A stretch of DNA of 32,000 bases, from assembly GCA_030668875.1 (NCBI GenBank), contig DAOVER010000002.1:78706-110705 (forward strand). Reading direction: 5' to 3'. Below are positions 1 through 9,477 of the stretch, one piece after another. Position 1 is the first letter of the stretch. Each line of letters opens with the position of its first letter. The notes under the pieces were generated by a model. It was given only the letters and a program-made list of their open reading frames with translations. It made no database searches and had not been told where the DNA came from. Made by a program: the position numbers and the translations under genes. This stretch comes from Candidatus Heimdallarchaeota archaeon (GTDB lineage: Archaea; Asgardarchaeota; Heimdallarchaeia; Heimdallarchaeales; Heimdallarchaeaceae).

Positions 1-1735
1 TCAATAATATTACAAAAATGATTGAAAGAGTGATCAGAGTTAATACTGAAAATGAGATAAAATCAAATTCAGGTGCTAATGCTTGAATAACAATTATTCT
101 AATCTCTGAATATTCACCTACATCTCCTCCAGAATCTATCCCCGCAACTCTCCAATGATATGTATTTGGTTCTAATGCAACTGATGATTCATATGAAAAT
201 CCAACTACTGTTTCATTAATGATTGGAGTTAGAAATCCATCACTCACATCTATCTGGATCAGATAGGAACTAATACCAGTTATTTCAGACCATTCGAATA
301 AAGGAGTATCATCTATTGTCACAATTCCATTATACGGATTAGTTAGCGTTGTAGCTCTGAGTTTGCTTGTATAGCTTATTGCTATAGAATCAATTAAAGG
401 AGTAGAATCTATATTAGTTGTTGTTAGAACAGCTTTCCACTTCAATATGTATCCTGTGTTACTAAAATTATGAACCACACCTGGTGTTACACTCTCCCAG
501 TTAGCACCATTGTCAGCTGATAGAAAGTAATCTATTGAAGTATCCGTTAAAATTGTATCTTCTTTAACAAGTGTTGCATATTTTAGCAAAGATTCTGCAT
601 CGCCTATGAAAACTGCAATAGATTGTGCAGTACCTTCAGTTCTGTACCTATAAATATTACTTACATCCAATATCTGTAATCCATTTGTCCCATCTGCGAG
701 ATAAACATAATCTCCAACCACTTCAATTGCAAAAGCATTTCCCGCAGTATCAAATTCAGTGTGTTTGATTGGAGCTGTTGGATCGCTTATGTCTAAAACA
801 CATAATCCATAGGAATTACTCGCACCATATAGAATATCTCCTATAGCATATACGCATTCAAAATCTCCAGCGAAATGACCTATAGAAAATGGAAGAAGGG
901 GATTACTGATATTAAATATTCGTAGGCCGTAAACTCCATTAGACACAAAAGCCAAATCTCCTGAAATGAATACATTTTTTGAATATTCACCAGGTCCGAA
1001 ATCACCAATATTCACAAGATTAAGTGGATTTGTTATGTCAACCACCCATAAATCAGCATTTCCTTCTGCAACAAATGCATAATTTCCACTTATTTTTAGT
1101 CCTCTTGCAATTCCAGTTGGTGGATTAGCTATATTGTCAGCTACAGATATACTAGCTTTATTCGTTACATCCATTGAGTATAATCCTAAATTTGTTGCAA
1201 CATAAGCATAATTCCCAACAACTTCTATTTGATCCCACGCAATTGTGTCTCCAATGTCGTATATGTCAACTTGTGTTGGATTATAAGGGTCACTTATATC
1301 AACAACATGAACTCCGCCATACCTATAACCTATAAACGCATAATCACCGTCTATACAAACATCCATTGCTCGATTAGCTAAAGTTGGAGTGTAATTTCCT
1401 ACAAAACTAGGTGACAAAGGATTAGAGATGTTAAGGATCATAACCCCATTATATTTGTCAGCAACATATGCTAGATCGCCATCAATAGTCACATCCAATG
1501 ATTCTCCTGATGATGGGTAGTTACCCAATTCTGAAGGTTCTTGATAAGAGATTCTTATCTCACCTGAACCCCAATCTGAAACATCTGAGTTAGCAAAATC
1601 ACGGTAAGTTGTGGATGAAAAATTTTCTGTGAAACTGCTTGTGACAGCTGTTACATTACTCGATAAATCCATGCTAATTACTACAATTAGCAAAGATGAT
1701 AAAATCATGAAATTAATAATGTTTTTTTTCCTCAT
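1..1735 (-). CDS. LVIVD-repeat (7-blade beta-propeller) cell-surface protein with Fn3-like domain and PEF-type C-terminal TM anchor; 3' end outside window
   Basis: Translated by hand and absent from the ORF track because it has no stop in the window. ATG at 1735, open for 578 codons to base 2. Starts MRKKNIINFMILSSLLIVVISM (signal peptide). Seven repeats such as LAYVADKYNGVMILNISNP, YAFIGYRYGGVHVVDISDP and YVYLADGTNGLQILDVSN, then an Fn3-like TPLFEWSEI...YHWRVAGID segment. Ends ...QALAPEFDFISFSVLTLITLSIIFVILL. Confidence 0.9.
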   Translation of the reverse strand, partial: MRKKNIINFMILSSLLIVVISMDLSSNVTAVTSSFTENFSSTTYRDFANSDVSDWGSGEIRISYQEPSELGNYPSSGESLDVTIDGDLAYVADKYNGVMILNISNPLSPSFVGNYTPTLANRAMDVCIDGDYAFIGYRYGGVHVVDISDPYNPTQVDIYDIGDTIAWDQIEVVGNYAYVATNLGLYSMDVTNKASISVADNIANPPTGIARGLKISGNYAFVAEGNADLWVVDITNPLNLVNIGDFGPGEYSKNVFISGDLAFVSNGVYGLRIFNISNPLLPFSIGHFAGDFECVYAIGDILYGASNSYGLCVLDISDPTAPIKHTEFDTAGNAFAIEVVGDYVYLADGTNGLQILDVSNIYRYRTEGTAQSIAVFIGDAESLLKYATLVKEDTILTDTSIDYFLSADNGANWESVTPGVVHNFSNTGYILKWKAVLTTTNIDSTPLIDSIAISYTSKLRATTLTNPYNGIVTIDDTPLFEWSEITGISSYLIQIDVSDGFLTPIINETVVGFSYESSVALEPNTYHWRVAGIDSGGDVGEYSEIRIIVIQALAPEFDFISFSVLTLITLSIIFVILL

Positions 1736-1848
1736 ACTAAAACCCATTTTATCTTACTCTGATTAGTCTTAAAAACGTTTTGAGCAGTTTTGTTAAAATA
1801 TTCATACAACTAGTGAGATTTATTAATGCTAGATGTTCAATTATCTCG

Positions 1849-3513
1849 ATGAGAAAAACTCAAGCTTTATTCCTTATTGTTTTGTTTGTCAACTTTCAAT
1901 TTCTCAATGTTGTTATAAATTCTTCAGCGACATTTAATATTAAAAAACAAGAGACACTTGACCCCTATATCTGGTTTTGGGAAGAACTCTCAAATGCTCC
2001 TGGGCAAATTAGTGGCGAGGATGTAGTTTATTGGGGCGAGAATTTGGGACCCTATCACAATTACACGGAATTGACAGAAAAGCTTGTACTTCTAAATAGT
2101 ACTTTTCCTGATATAGTTGACGTATTCTCAATAGGAAAAACTTGGCATAATAATGATGTATGGTGTGTAAAACTAACCAATGAAACAATAACCAGTTCAA
2201 AAACAGAATATTACATCGTAGCAGAACATCATGCTAGAGAATTAATCTCTGTAGAAAATGCACTCTATTTCATAGATAAAATTGTATATGATTCAATCTT
2301 TGGTCTCTATGAGGAGCTATTATCGAGTAGAGAATTATATGTCATTCCTATGTTAAACCCAGATGGTATCTCAATTATTCATTGGTTTCCTGAGCAACGC
2401 AAAAATCTACACCCCATTGACGATGACGGGGATGGGATTAATGACACCGACATGGATGGTTTACTTGATGATGAGCTAGAGAGGACATATTATTGGAATC
2501 CTGCTGCAAATACTTCTGCAATTCGGGAATTTGATTTAGATGGTGATGGGTCAATTGCTGAAGACTTACCTGGGGGTGTCGATCTCAATCGAAATTATGG
2601 AGTTAACTGGGAAGGTACTGGTTCTTCATCAGTTAAAAGAAATCCTCTTTATCGAGGAGCTTATCCATTTAGTGAGAATGAAACTCAAATCATGAGAGAC
2701 TTCATGCGAGAACATGCTTTCAATTTTGCAATTAGTCTTCACAGTGGTATTAAATCTATAATCACACCTTGGGGTCATAATGGTTCCTTACCTTTAGCTG
2801 ATGAAGATGAATTTAATGCATTGCTAGTTGACTTGCAAGATATTCTCCATTGGCCACTTTGGAATGAATCAGGGGGATACCTCACAAATGGTGTGTGGGA
2901 AGATTATTGTTATGCAGCTCATGATATTCTCTGCTTTACCTTAGAGACTTACTATGATATCTGGACGGGGTCATATTTTGATTATTTCAATCCTCCTGGA
3001 AACCAGATTCTATCTAATTGTGAATATGTTTACCCAGCTATGATCTATTTAGCTGAAGAACCAAGATTAACTTATTCCAATAACCTCCCTAGTATAGAAG
3101 TAACTAATCCTTCAACGATTAATCAAGTATTTGAAAATTATACCATTACTTGGACAATGGATGACTTGGATGGAGATAATTTAAATTGTACAGTTTTAGT
3201 ATCCGAAAATGGTTGGAACTGGGATGTTTTGGCTACAAATCTAACAGATCAAACCTCCTTCTTCTGGAATGTAACTTCTGTAGATCCAGGTTCATATTAC
3301 CTAAAAGTCGCTGTATATGATGGAAAGGATTGGATTTCTGATGTTAGTGAAATTAGCTTAAACGTTCGAAATGTAAAACCTCCATCTCCTTTTGCTTTCT
3401 ATATTCTTGCAGGTATTTTTGGTACTCTAGCAGTTGTCTACCTCTTCTTCTATTTACGAAAATCTAAAAATCTTAGCAAGATGTGGGGACCCGAAGATAG
3501 TACTAAAAAGTAA
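1849..3513 (+). CDS. Membrane-anchored M14 zinc carboxypeptidase with Ig/Fn3-like domain
   Basis: HHARE (HxxE zinc motif), LNPDG, DLNRNY, SLHSG and LETY. Signal peptide after the ATG at 1849 (track start is TTG 1780). C-terminal TM FAFYILAGIFGTLAVVYLFFYL followed by RKSK. Confidence 0.9.
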   Translation: MRKTQALFLIVLFVNFQFLNVVINSSATFNIKKQETLDPYIWFWEELSNAPGQISGEDVVYWGENLGPYHNYTELTEKLVLLNSTFPDIVDVFSIGKTWHNNDVWCVKLTNETITSSKTEYYIVAEHHARELISVENALYFIDKIVYDSIFGLYEELLSSRELYVIPMLNPDGISIIHWFPEQRKNLHPIDDDGDGINDTDMDGLLDDELERTYYWNPAANTSAIREFDLDGDGSIAEDLPGGVDLNRNYGVNWEGTGSSSVKRNPLYRGAYPFSENETQIMRDFMREHAFNFAISLHSGIKSIITPWGHNGSLPLADEDEFNALLVDLQDILHWPLWNESGGYLTNGVWEDYCYAAHDILCFTLETYYDIWTGSYFDYFNPPGNQILSNCEYVYPAMIYLAEEPRLTYSNNLPSIEVTNPSTINQVFENYTITWTMDDLDGDNLNCTVLVSENGWNWDVLATNLTDQTSFFWNVTSVDPGSYYLKVAVYDGKDWISDVSEISLNVRNVKPPSPFAFYILAGIFGTLAVVYLFFYLRKSKNLSKMWGPEDSTKK

Positions 3514-3618
3514 CTAATCTGTTTTTTAATACATTTTATTCCTTTTTTTCTACCTCTAACAAATGTTTTATAGTTCATGCTCTTCTGTATGTTATAGGTA
3601 AAACACTTAGGGGTTCAA

Positions 3619-4716
3619 ATGTTTGACCAAACATATATTCTCTTTAAGTATGTCGTAGCTGTAGCACTAATCTTGGGTGGAGTTGCTGCAACATACTGGG
3701 GAATAAAAAGACAAAATCCATTCTATAAACTATGGGTAGCTTTTCTCATATCTTATGGTATATTTGAAATAATTGAGGTATTAGAAAACCAGAATCCAAC
3801 ATCATTGATTCTTTATCGTGCCTTGCAGATTGTTCAAGCAGTTGCCTTAATTATCCTTTTTGCAGCTTGTTTAGAACAATCTATGACTATTACATCCAGA
3901 GCTAGTAGAATTCTTGCAATCAGTCTATCTACTTTGGCACTTTACTTCATAGTTATTCCGTTAGATGTATCAATAGAGAGTTTCCGAATATTAACTATAT
4001 CAATTTATGGTGTTATTTTTACAGATATTTACGGATTCATTTATGGTTCTTTAATATTAGTAAGCTCCTTCCTCTTGATAGGTGTCTATATACGATACTT
4101 CAAACTTGCATCTTCATCAAAAAGTAGACGAGTGAAGGTAAAACGGGATATAACCTTACTTCTTATTATACTTCTAATTGGATTTGCAGTTCTAGTAACT
4201 ATAAGAAGGAAGATGCTTGAAGCTAATTCTCTAGTTTTTAATATAGCAGATCTTGCATATACCTTCGTTGTTGTCTTAGTAGTTTCATTTTATCAAAGCC
4301 AATCTCTATCTCATGGTATTGAGGCGATTTTAGTTGTAGATAGAGAAGGTAACCCTCTGCTAGGTTACTCCCCTCTCCGAGGTAGAAGGATATCTTTTGA
4401 AGAAAAAATAATAGCAGCTTCAGGATATCTTGCTGGACTTTTTCACTTTGTTCGTGAATATGTTGCTACATCCTCAGAAGAGCAATTCAGAGAATTAAAA
4501 ACTAGTTCCTCTACCATGTCATTCTATGTAGGAGAAAAAATCTTCATTATAATACAAACTAAGATTTCAAGTAAAGTATTAGCTAAAGCCACAAAACTGG
4601 TTATTAAAGAGTTGGATGGCTATCTCATGGATTTCAAAGCAAATAAAATGCTAACAGAGGAGCAAATTGAACATGTACAAACACTACTAAAAGAAAATTT
4701 TACTCTCATGGCTTAA
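3619..4716 (+). CDS. 7TM membrane protein fused to a C-terminal longin-like domain
   Basis: Seven hydrophobic segments in the first ~230 aa. The last ~130 aa follow the longin b-b-a-b-b-b-a-a pattern: IEAILVVD / GNPLLGYS / AASGYLAGLFHFVREY / FRELKT / TMSFYVG / IFIIIQT / two helices. Confidence 0.7.
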   Translation: MFDQTYILFKYVVAVALILGGVAATYWGIKRQNPFYKLWVAFLISYGIFEIIEVLENQNPTSLILYRALQIVQAVALIILFAACLEQSMTITSRASRILAISLSTLALYFIVIPLDVSIESFRILTISIYGVIFTDIYGFIYGSLILVSSFLLIGVYIRYFKLASSSKSRRVKVKRDITLLLIILLIGFAVLVTIRRKMLEANSLVFNIADLAYTFVVVLVVSFYQSQSLSHGIEAILVVDREGNPLLGYSPLRGRRISFEEKIIAASGYLAGLFHFVREYVATSSEEQFRELKTSSSTMSFYVGEKIFIIIQTKISSKVLAKATKLVIKELDGYLMDFKANKMLTEEQIEHVQTLLKENFTLMA

Positions 4717-4767
4717 TCTTGCTCAACTTCACTAAAACTTATATTTTTCAAAGAATTACTATTACTA

Positions 4768-6084
4768 ATGGTTTCAATTTCATTTGTTCTAGGAACAAGA
4801 CCTGAAATAATAAAATTAGCTCCAATAATACATGAAGCTGAGAAAAGAGAGATTTCCTTTAATATAATCCATACAGGTCAACATTACGACATGGAAATGT
4901 CAGAACAATTCTTGGAATCCTTAAACATTCCTTCTCCTGATATTAATCTAGAAGTAAAATCCTTAACTCTCCATGCTCAACTGGGAAATATGGTAGAAAA
5001 GCTAGGAAACTATTATAAGAATAATAAACATGATATTGTGTTAGCTGTAGGTGATACAATAAGTGTTCTAGCAGCTGCTTTAGTTAGTAATCAAAATAAT
5101 ATCCCCTTCGGTCATATTGAAGCTGGTTTGAGATCTTATGATAATACTATGCCTGAAGAAATTAATCGCAGACTTGCAGATAGCATTGCAACACTTCATT
5201 TCGCTCCTTCTGACAGGGCTGTTTTAAACCTCCTAAATGAAGGAATTGAACCTGAAAGAGTATTCAATACAGGAAATACTATAGTAGATGCCATTCGTAT
5301 CTATTCTGCGAAATTATCTAAAAGGAAGACTTCACAGGCTGATAAGATTCTTCAAGATGTAAAAGGAGAATATTCCATTTGTACAATCCACAGAGTATCT
5401 AACGTTGAGAACAAAGAGAACTTGTTAGAAATTATCCAAGCCTTAGAATCTTTTAGAGGATATCTGAAGATCTTTTTATTACATCCTAGAACAGAAAAGA
5501 AGCTGCACGAGTATAAATTATACGATAAATTCAAACAGATCGAAGGGTTACATATATACAAGTCTGTAAATTACATGTCAATGTTGAAGCTACTAACCGA
5601 TGAAAAGTGTCAACTCATTATCACCGATTCAGGAGGTATAATTGAAGAAGCGTCGGTATTGAAAATTCCATGTATAACTATCAGACCAAATACAGAGAGA
5701 CCAGAAACAGTTGAAGGAGGGGTAAACTTTCTTGTACGACCTAAAGCTCTGGAAATTCTTCAAACTATTGAACTTATTTTGTCAGATGAAGATATAATAG
5801 AGAAAATGAAAATATTTACAAATCCATACGGTGATGGCTTTAGTAGTGGTAGGATATTGGACATTATTGAAAATAAGCTTACAAAGATGATATTTCAATC
5901 ACCGGAATCATATAAATTTGGATCAAAGTCATTTTACCTAATAGATATACAAATACCAATGAAAACAGCTTCTTTAGAAGAATTGTATGGATGTACAGTA
6001 ACTATGGTTTATGGTACGGATGGAGAGCCTTTACCAATACCAAAGAAATTAGAAAAAGGATATAGGGTTAAATTAACACTATAG
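4768..6084 (+). CDS. wecB: UDP-N-acetylglucosamine 2-epimerase (non-hydrolysing) with ~60-aa C-terminal extension
   Basis: GTRPEIIKLAP, HTGQHYD, GDT, HIEAGLRS, PEEINR, TIHR, TDSGG(I)IEEA, RPNTERPE and NPYGDG motifs. Confidence 0.95.
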   Translation: MVSISFVLGTRPEIIKLAPIIHEAEKREISFNIIHTGQHYDMEMSEQFLESLNIPSPDINLEVKSLTLHAQLGNMVEKLGNYYKNNKHDIVLAVGDTISVLAAALVSNQNNIPFGHIEAGLRSYDNTMPEEINRRLADSIATLHFAPSDRAVLNLLNEGIEPERVFNTGNTIVDAIRIYSAKLSKRKTSQADKILQDVKGEYSICTIHRVSNVENKENLLEIIQALESFRGYLKIFLLHPRTEKKLHEYKLYDKFKQIEGLHIYKSVNYMSMLKLLTDEKCQLIITDSGGIIEEASVLKIPCITIRPNTERPETVEGGVNFLVRPKALEILQTIELILSDEDIIEKMKIFTNPYGDGFSSGRILDIIENKLTKMIFQSPESYKFGSKSFYLIDIQIPMKTASLEELYGCTVTMVYGTDGEPLPIPKKLEKGYRVKLTL

Positions 6085-7074
6085 CAAGATGTCCCAGCCA
6101 TATATTCTAGCTAGTACATTTAACAAAACTCTAACTGCTGCGAAGATAGCTAAAAACCAAAAACCTGTCAGAATAGCTTCTGATTTTATCTTGTGTAAGA
6201 ATCTTGGAACTATGTTAGCAGTAATTAAAGTTCCTGCTGCCATACAGATTACTATGCCCCAGTGAATATACGATCCAAGAATTAAACGAAGTCCTAAACC
6301 AAAAGGAGTAGCAAATAGGATGGTGAATGTTGATGTAGCCGTTGCAACTGTTGCAGGAAGCCCTAATCCCATAGTCAGTATTGGTACATAGATAACCCCG
6401 CCACCTAAACCTAGGAGAGAACCGATAAATCCACCAAAGGTTGCAATTAATACTCCTGGAAGTAACTTTGCTTTGTATTCGAATTTAGTTCCTCTTTTGT
6501 CTTCTAATTTTCTAAGGAGAATAGTGTGTAACCACCATGGTTTATCCTTCTGACTTTCCGCAATTTCGATTTTATTAATTATTTTTTCTTTTACTGGAAC
6601 CCCTCGCTTTTTCTTACTCCAGCCAATAATAATTGTTGTAATTTTATATCCTGCAATTAAAAGCATTGTAACAGCAAAGATGATTTGATAAAGATCAATA
6701 TCGATACTCTGTTTCTTAATGAACAAATTTGAGAACAATGCTCCAGAAATAGCTCCTGGAATTGCAAAAATCATAAATGTTATAGCTACTCTGAAATCAA
6801 TAAGTTTTTCTCTAATATAGGAAATAGATCCACTTAAAGCTGTTATAATAATCACTCCTAAAGATGTAACTGTTGCTACATCACCAATTTTTAAATTCGG
6901 GTCACCTGTAGCAGAGACAAATTTATCTAGAAGAGCAGGAAACCCAATCAGCAGTATAGGGACGTTAAGTAAACCTCCTCCGATACCAAAAGTAGGAGAA
7001 ATTGTTCCAGATATTAATCCAGCAACGAACAAGAGAAGATAATGCCACCATTCAAATCCAGCAAATATTTCCAT
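6079..7074 (-). CDS. Sulfite exporter TauE/SafE (TSUP) family permease
   Basis: Two GIGGG/GLGGG(V)IYVP glycine-rich repeats, ATVTSL/AATSTF, about 8 TM. Probable ATG at 7074 (track start is GTG 7083). Confidence 0.9.
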   Translation of the reverse strand: MEIFAGFEWWHYLLLFVAGLISGTISPTFGIGGGLLNVPILLIGFPALLDKFVSATGDPNLKIGDVATVTSLGVIIITALSGSISYIREKLIDFRVAITFMIFAIPGAISGALFSNLFIKKQSIDIDLYQIIFAVTMLLIAGYKITTIIIGWSKKKRGVPVKEKIINKIEIAESQKDKPWWLHTILLRKLEDKRGTKFEYKAKLLPGVLIATFGGFIGSLLGLGGGVIYVPILTMGLGLPATVATATSTFTILFATPFGLGLRLILGSYIHWGIVICMAAGTLITANIVPRFLHKIKSEAILTGFWFLAIFAAVRVLLNVLARIYGWDILL

Positions 7075-7189
7075 TAGATGCACCCAATATTAACAATTGA
7101 TTAAAAAGAGTGTTACTTAAAACTTTAATGCTTAAACAAATATCTACAAGTAGAAATTATTTTAAAGTAGTTCGAAGTAGTAATCTCCT

Positions 7190-8059
7190 ATGAGTTCAGA
7201 AAAGGAAAACGCTATTGCTGAGCAGTTTCTTTCTCTAATCGATAAGAAAAATGTTTGGGAATTAGAAATACTTTCATCAATCATTAATATAAATTCTCAA
7301 AATCTAGCTGATTTCATCAAGGATCTGCCTATGGCTTTCGGATTAGCCGTTTCTGGGAAAAAAGTGCATATTACACCTGAACTTGTACGTGATGTTACGT
7401 CTGAAATTAAAGATACTTTTGTTTCCTGGTACCAGAGTACAGTACCCGGAACATACACCCAGTCTTCTTTGCTATCAAATGAGATTATCAGGGAAGATTT
7501 TGCTATGAATTTAAGATTAGAGAAAAAGGCTAAAGTTAAGATTACTATTTATGGTGATAACTTTCTCGTACAAAGAGTTGTTGACAGATACTTAACCAAA
7601 GGAAATTTACAAGTTGCATATAGTTATGAGGGGGGATATGAGCCAATAAATGCAGAAAAAACTATAGGTAATGATATTTTAGAATGTCAATTCAGTGTGA
7701 TAAATTATAGACGTGAAATATCTTCTCTTGCTAATCTTCTCTTTGAATTATCAGAGGGTTTCTTATTGGTTTTCAACCCCTTGGACAAAATGCAAGTAGT
7801 GAAATTAAACGATATGATAAATCTTCTCTCTCAGAAAAGAAGATCTGATTTATTTGTTACTTTTCTAGGTATAATCACTGAAGAAGAAGGACAAGAATCA
7901 ATCACTGAAATCGCAACAGTTCTATCAAAAATGGTTGGGAAACTTGAACATATTCATCAATTTAAAGTGTCTTTTGCAATTCTTTCAGATGAGAGACAAA
8001 TAGAGAGAAAAATAAACGACCTCTTACAAACCTCTCAACTATTGGTTAACAAAGATTGA
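7190..8059 (+). CDS. Winged-helix-like N-domain + degenerate Rab/Ras-like G-domain (pseudo-GTPase)
   Basis: aa ~115-285 align almost gap-free by eye to a Rab consensus (KITIYGD...; QFSVINYRREISSL; EGFLLVFNPLD; VTFLGIITE), but G1, G2, G3 and G4 residues are absent. aa ~8-62 show an a-b-a-a-hairpin wHTH pattern. Confidence 0.55.
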   Translation: MSSEKENAIAEQFLSLIDKKNVWELEILSSIININSQNLADFIKDLPMAFGLAVSGKKVHITPELVRDVTSEIKDTFVSWYQSTVPGTYTQSSLLSNEIIREDFAMNLRLEKKAKVKITIYGDNFLVQRVVDRYLTKGNLQVAYSYEGGYEPINAEKTIGNDILECQFSVINYRREISSLANLLFELSEGFLLVFNPLDKMQVVKLNDMINLLSQKRRSDLFVTFLGIITEEEGQESITEIATVLSKMVGKLEHIHQFKVSFAILSDERQIERKINDLLQTSQLLVNKD

Positions 8060-8061
8060 AA

Positions 8062-8754
8062 TTAACCAGGTCTCATTTCTTCATTTTCAACTAAATGTGG
8101 ATAAGCTCGAAATGCAATGTTTATTGGTATGAAACCTATACTTAGAAGTATTATTGCTACAGCTGTTATTCCTATCCCAATAATGTTTATTATTACTGCT
8201 ACTGCTTCGTTTGAAATTAACCAGCTTATGAAGAATAATGTAAAGGATAGAGACTGAACTCCAAACCCTATCGATAGGAAATGTTTTGGATACTTTACAA
8301 TGACTCTTTTAAGGTAAAGAGATGCCAACTGTTTCTGAAGGAAGAAAAATCCAATAGTATACGCAATACTGGATAATATAAGACATATTCCGCCAAGATA
8401 GATGAGAATGTCAGTGACTATCCACTCTATTAGGATTAATAGAAACAATCCGAGTAGTAATATCCCAGAACCAACAAAAATGAATATAGCAATCTGTTTT
8501 CCACGCTCCCATGCAAATTCGCTTTCATTCCTAAAATTCAGTGCAGCTTTTCCTATTCCAGCTAAGCCAATAATAATCGGTGCGTATAATATTTGTGAAG
8601 CATCCAATCCGTAAAGTACATCAAAAAGACCATTAGCGATAATGTATCCTCCTGACATAAAGTATAATAAAATACCTAATATTACGTAGAAGAAAACAAC
8701 TAGTATGCTCCCACTAGCAAAAAATTTCGAATTTCTATGAAGACTCATTATCAC
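8062..8754 (-). CDS. 6TM hypothetical membrane protein (paralog 3 of tandem triplet)
   Basis: Six hydrophobic segments; FLSIGF and LSIGFIPI resemble motifs in the two upstream genes; start overlaps the upstream stop. Confidence 0.8.
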   Translation of the reverse strand: MIMSLHRNSKFFASGSILVVFFYVILGILLYFMSGGYIIANGLFDVLYGLDASQILYAPIIIGLAGIGKAALNFRNESEFAWERGKQIAIFIFVGSGILLLGLFLLILIEWIVTDILIYLGGICLILSSIAYTIGFFFLQKQLASLYLKRVIVKYPKHFLSIGFGVQSLSFTLFFISWLISNEAVAVIINIIGIGITAVAIILLSIGFIPINIAFRAYPHLVENEEMRPG

Positions 8755-9473
8755 ACCTCTTCCTTATCTTTCTTCTCAACCAAAGTTTTTTCTTCTTCTT
8801 CCAATTCAAGAGATTTATCCTGTCGTTGAATATCTTTCCTCCTTAGTAAGTTTAGTGTGCTTGCTAATTGGAAAAGACCAAGAATTATCATAAATTGAGC
8901 GAATAGGATTAAAGCGAGTATGGTGAATGCTAACCAACTAGGTAATTGTAATTGTTGAGGATAAATATACTCACTATACCAAGACAATACACTTGGAAAG
9001 AATAGAACTAAAAATCCTATGGGAAGAAGAAACTCAGATTTTCTGTTAATATCATTTTTATCTAGCAAGTCATCAAAGAAGAATTTATTTAATGTAAATG
9101 ATGCTACTAATGTTACATAAAAAACAATAATTAAAGCTAGCCTTACGAAGATGACAGGAGAAGAATTCCATATCTCTTCTGTACCAAGAATGTAATAAAG
9201 AATTGTTATGCATATGTCAGATATTGCACTAACTAAAAACATTATACTAATAAGTAACCAAAATTTGAGCTCTCGATTTTCTCTTCCTGCTCGTATGATC
9301 CCTATTACAAATAGTAGAATCACACAATCAAAAGCTACTGATAGAATCAATGGTAAATTTGGATATGAAACTGCAAGCGGAGTTGTATTGCTTATTGTAA
9401 TTATAGTTTGAATCAAAACCATAGTCCAAGTAGCGTAGAAAAGATGTTTTGCAATATCCTTGGACGTATCCAT
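8751..9473 (-). CDS. 6TM hypothetical membrane protein (paralog 2)
   Basis: Probable ATG at 9473 (MDTSKDIAK), 4 nt after the upstream stop; the track start at 9539 overlaps the upstream gene. Six TM; LLPIGF motif; charged tail. Confidence 0.8.
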   Translation of the reverse strand: MDTSKDIAKHLFYATWTMVLIQTIITISNTTPLAVSYPNLPLILSVAFDCVILLFVIGIIRAGRENRELKFWLLISIMFLVSAISDICITILYYILGTEEIWNSSPVIFVRLALIIVFYVTLVASFTLNKFFFDDLLDKNDINRKSEFLLPIGFLVLFFPSVLSWYSEYIYPQQLQLPSWLAFTILALILFAQFMIILGLFQLASTLNLLRRKDIQRQDKSLELEEEEKTLVEKKDKEEV

Positions 9474-9477
9474 TTTT

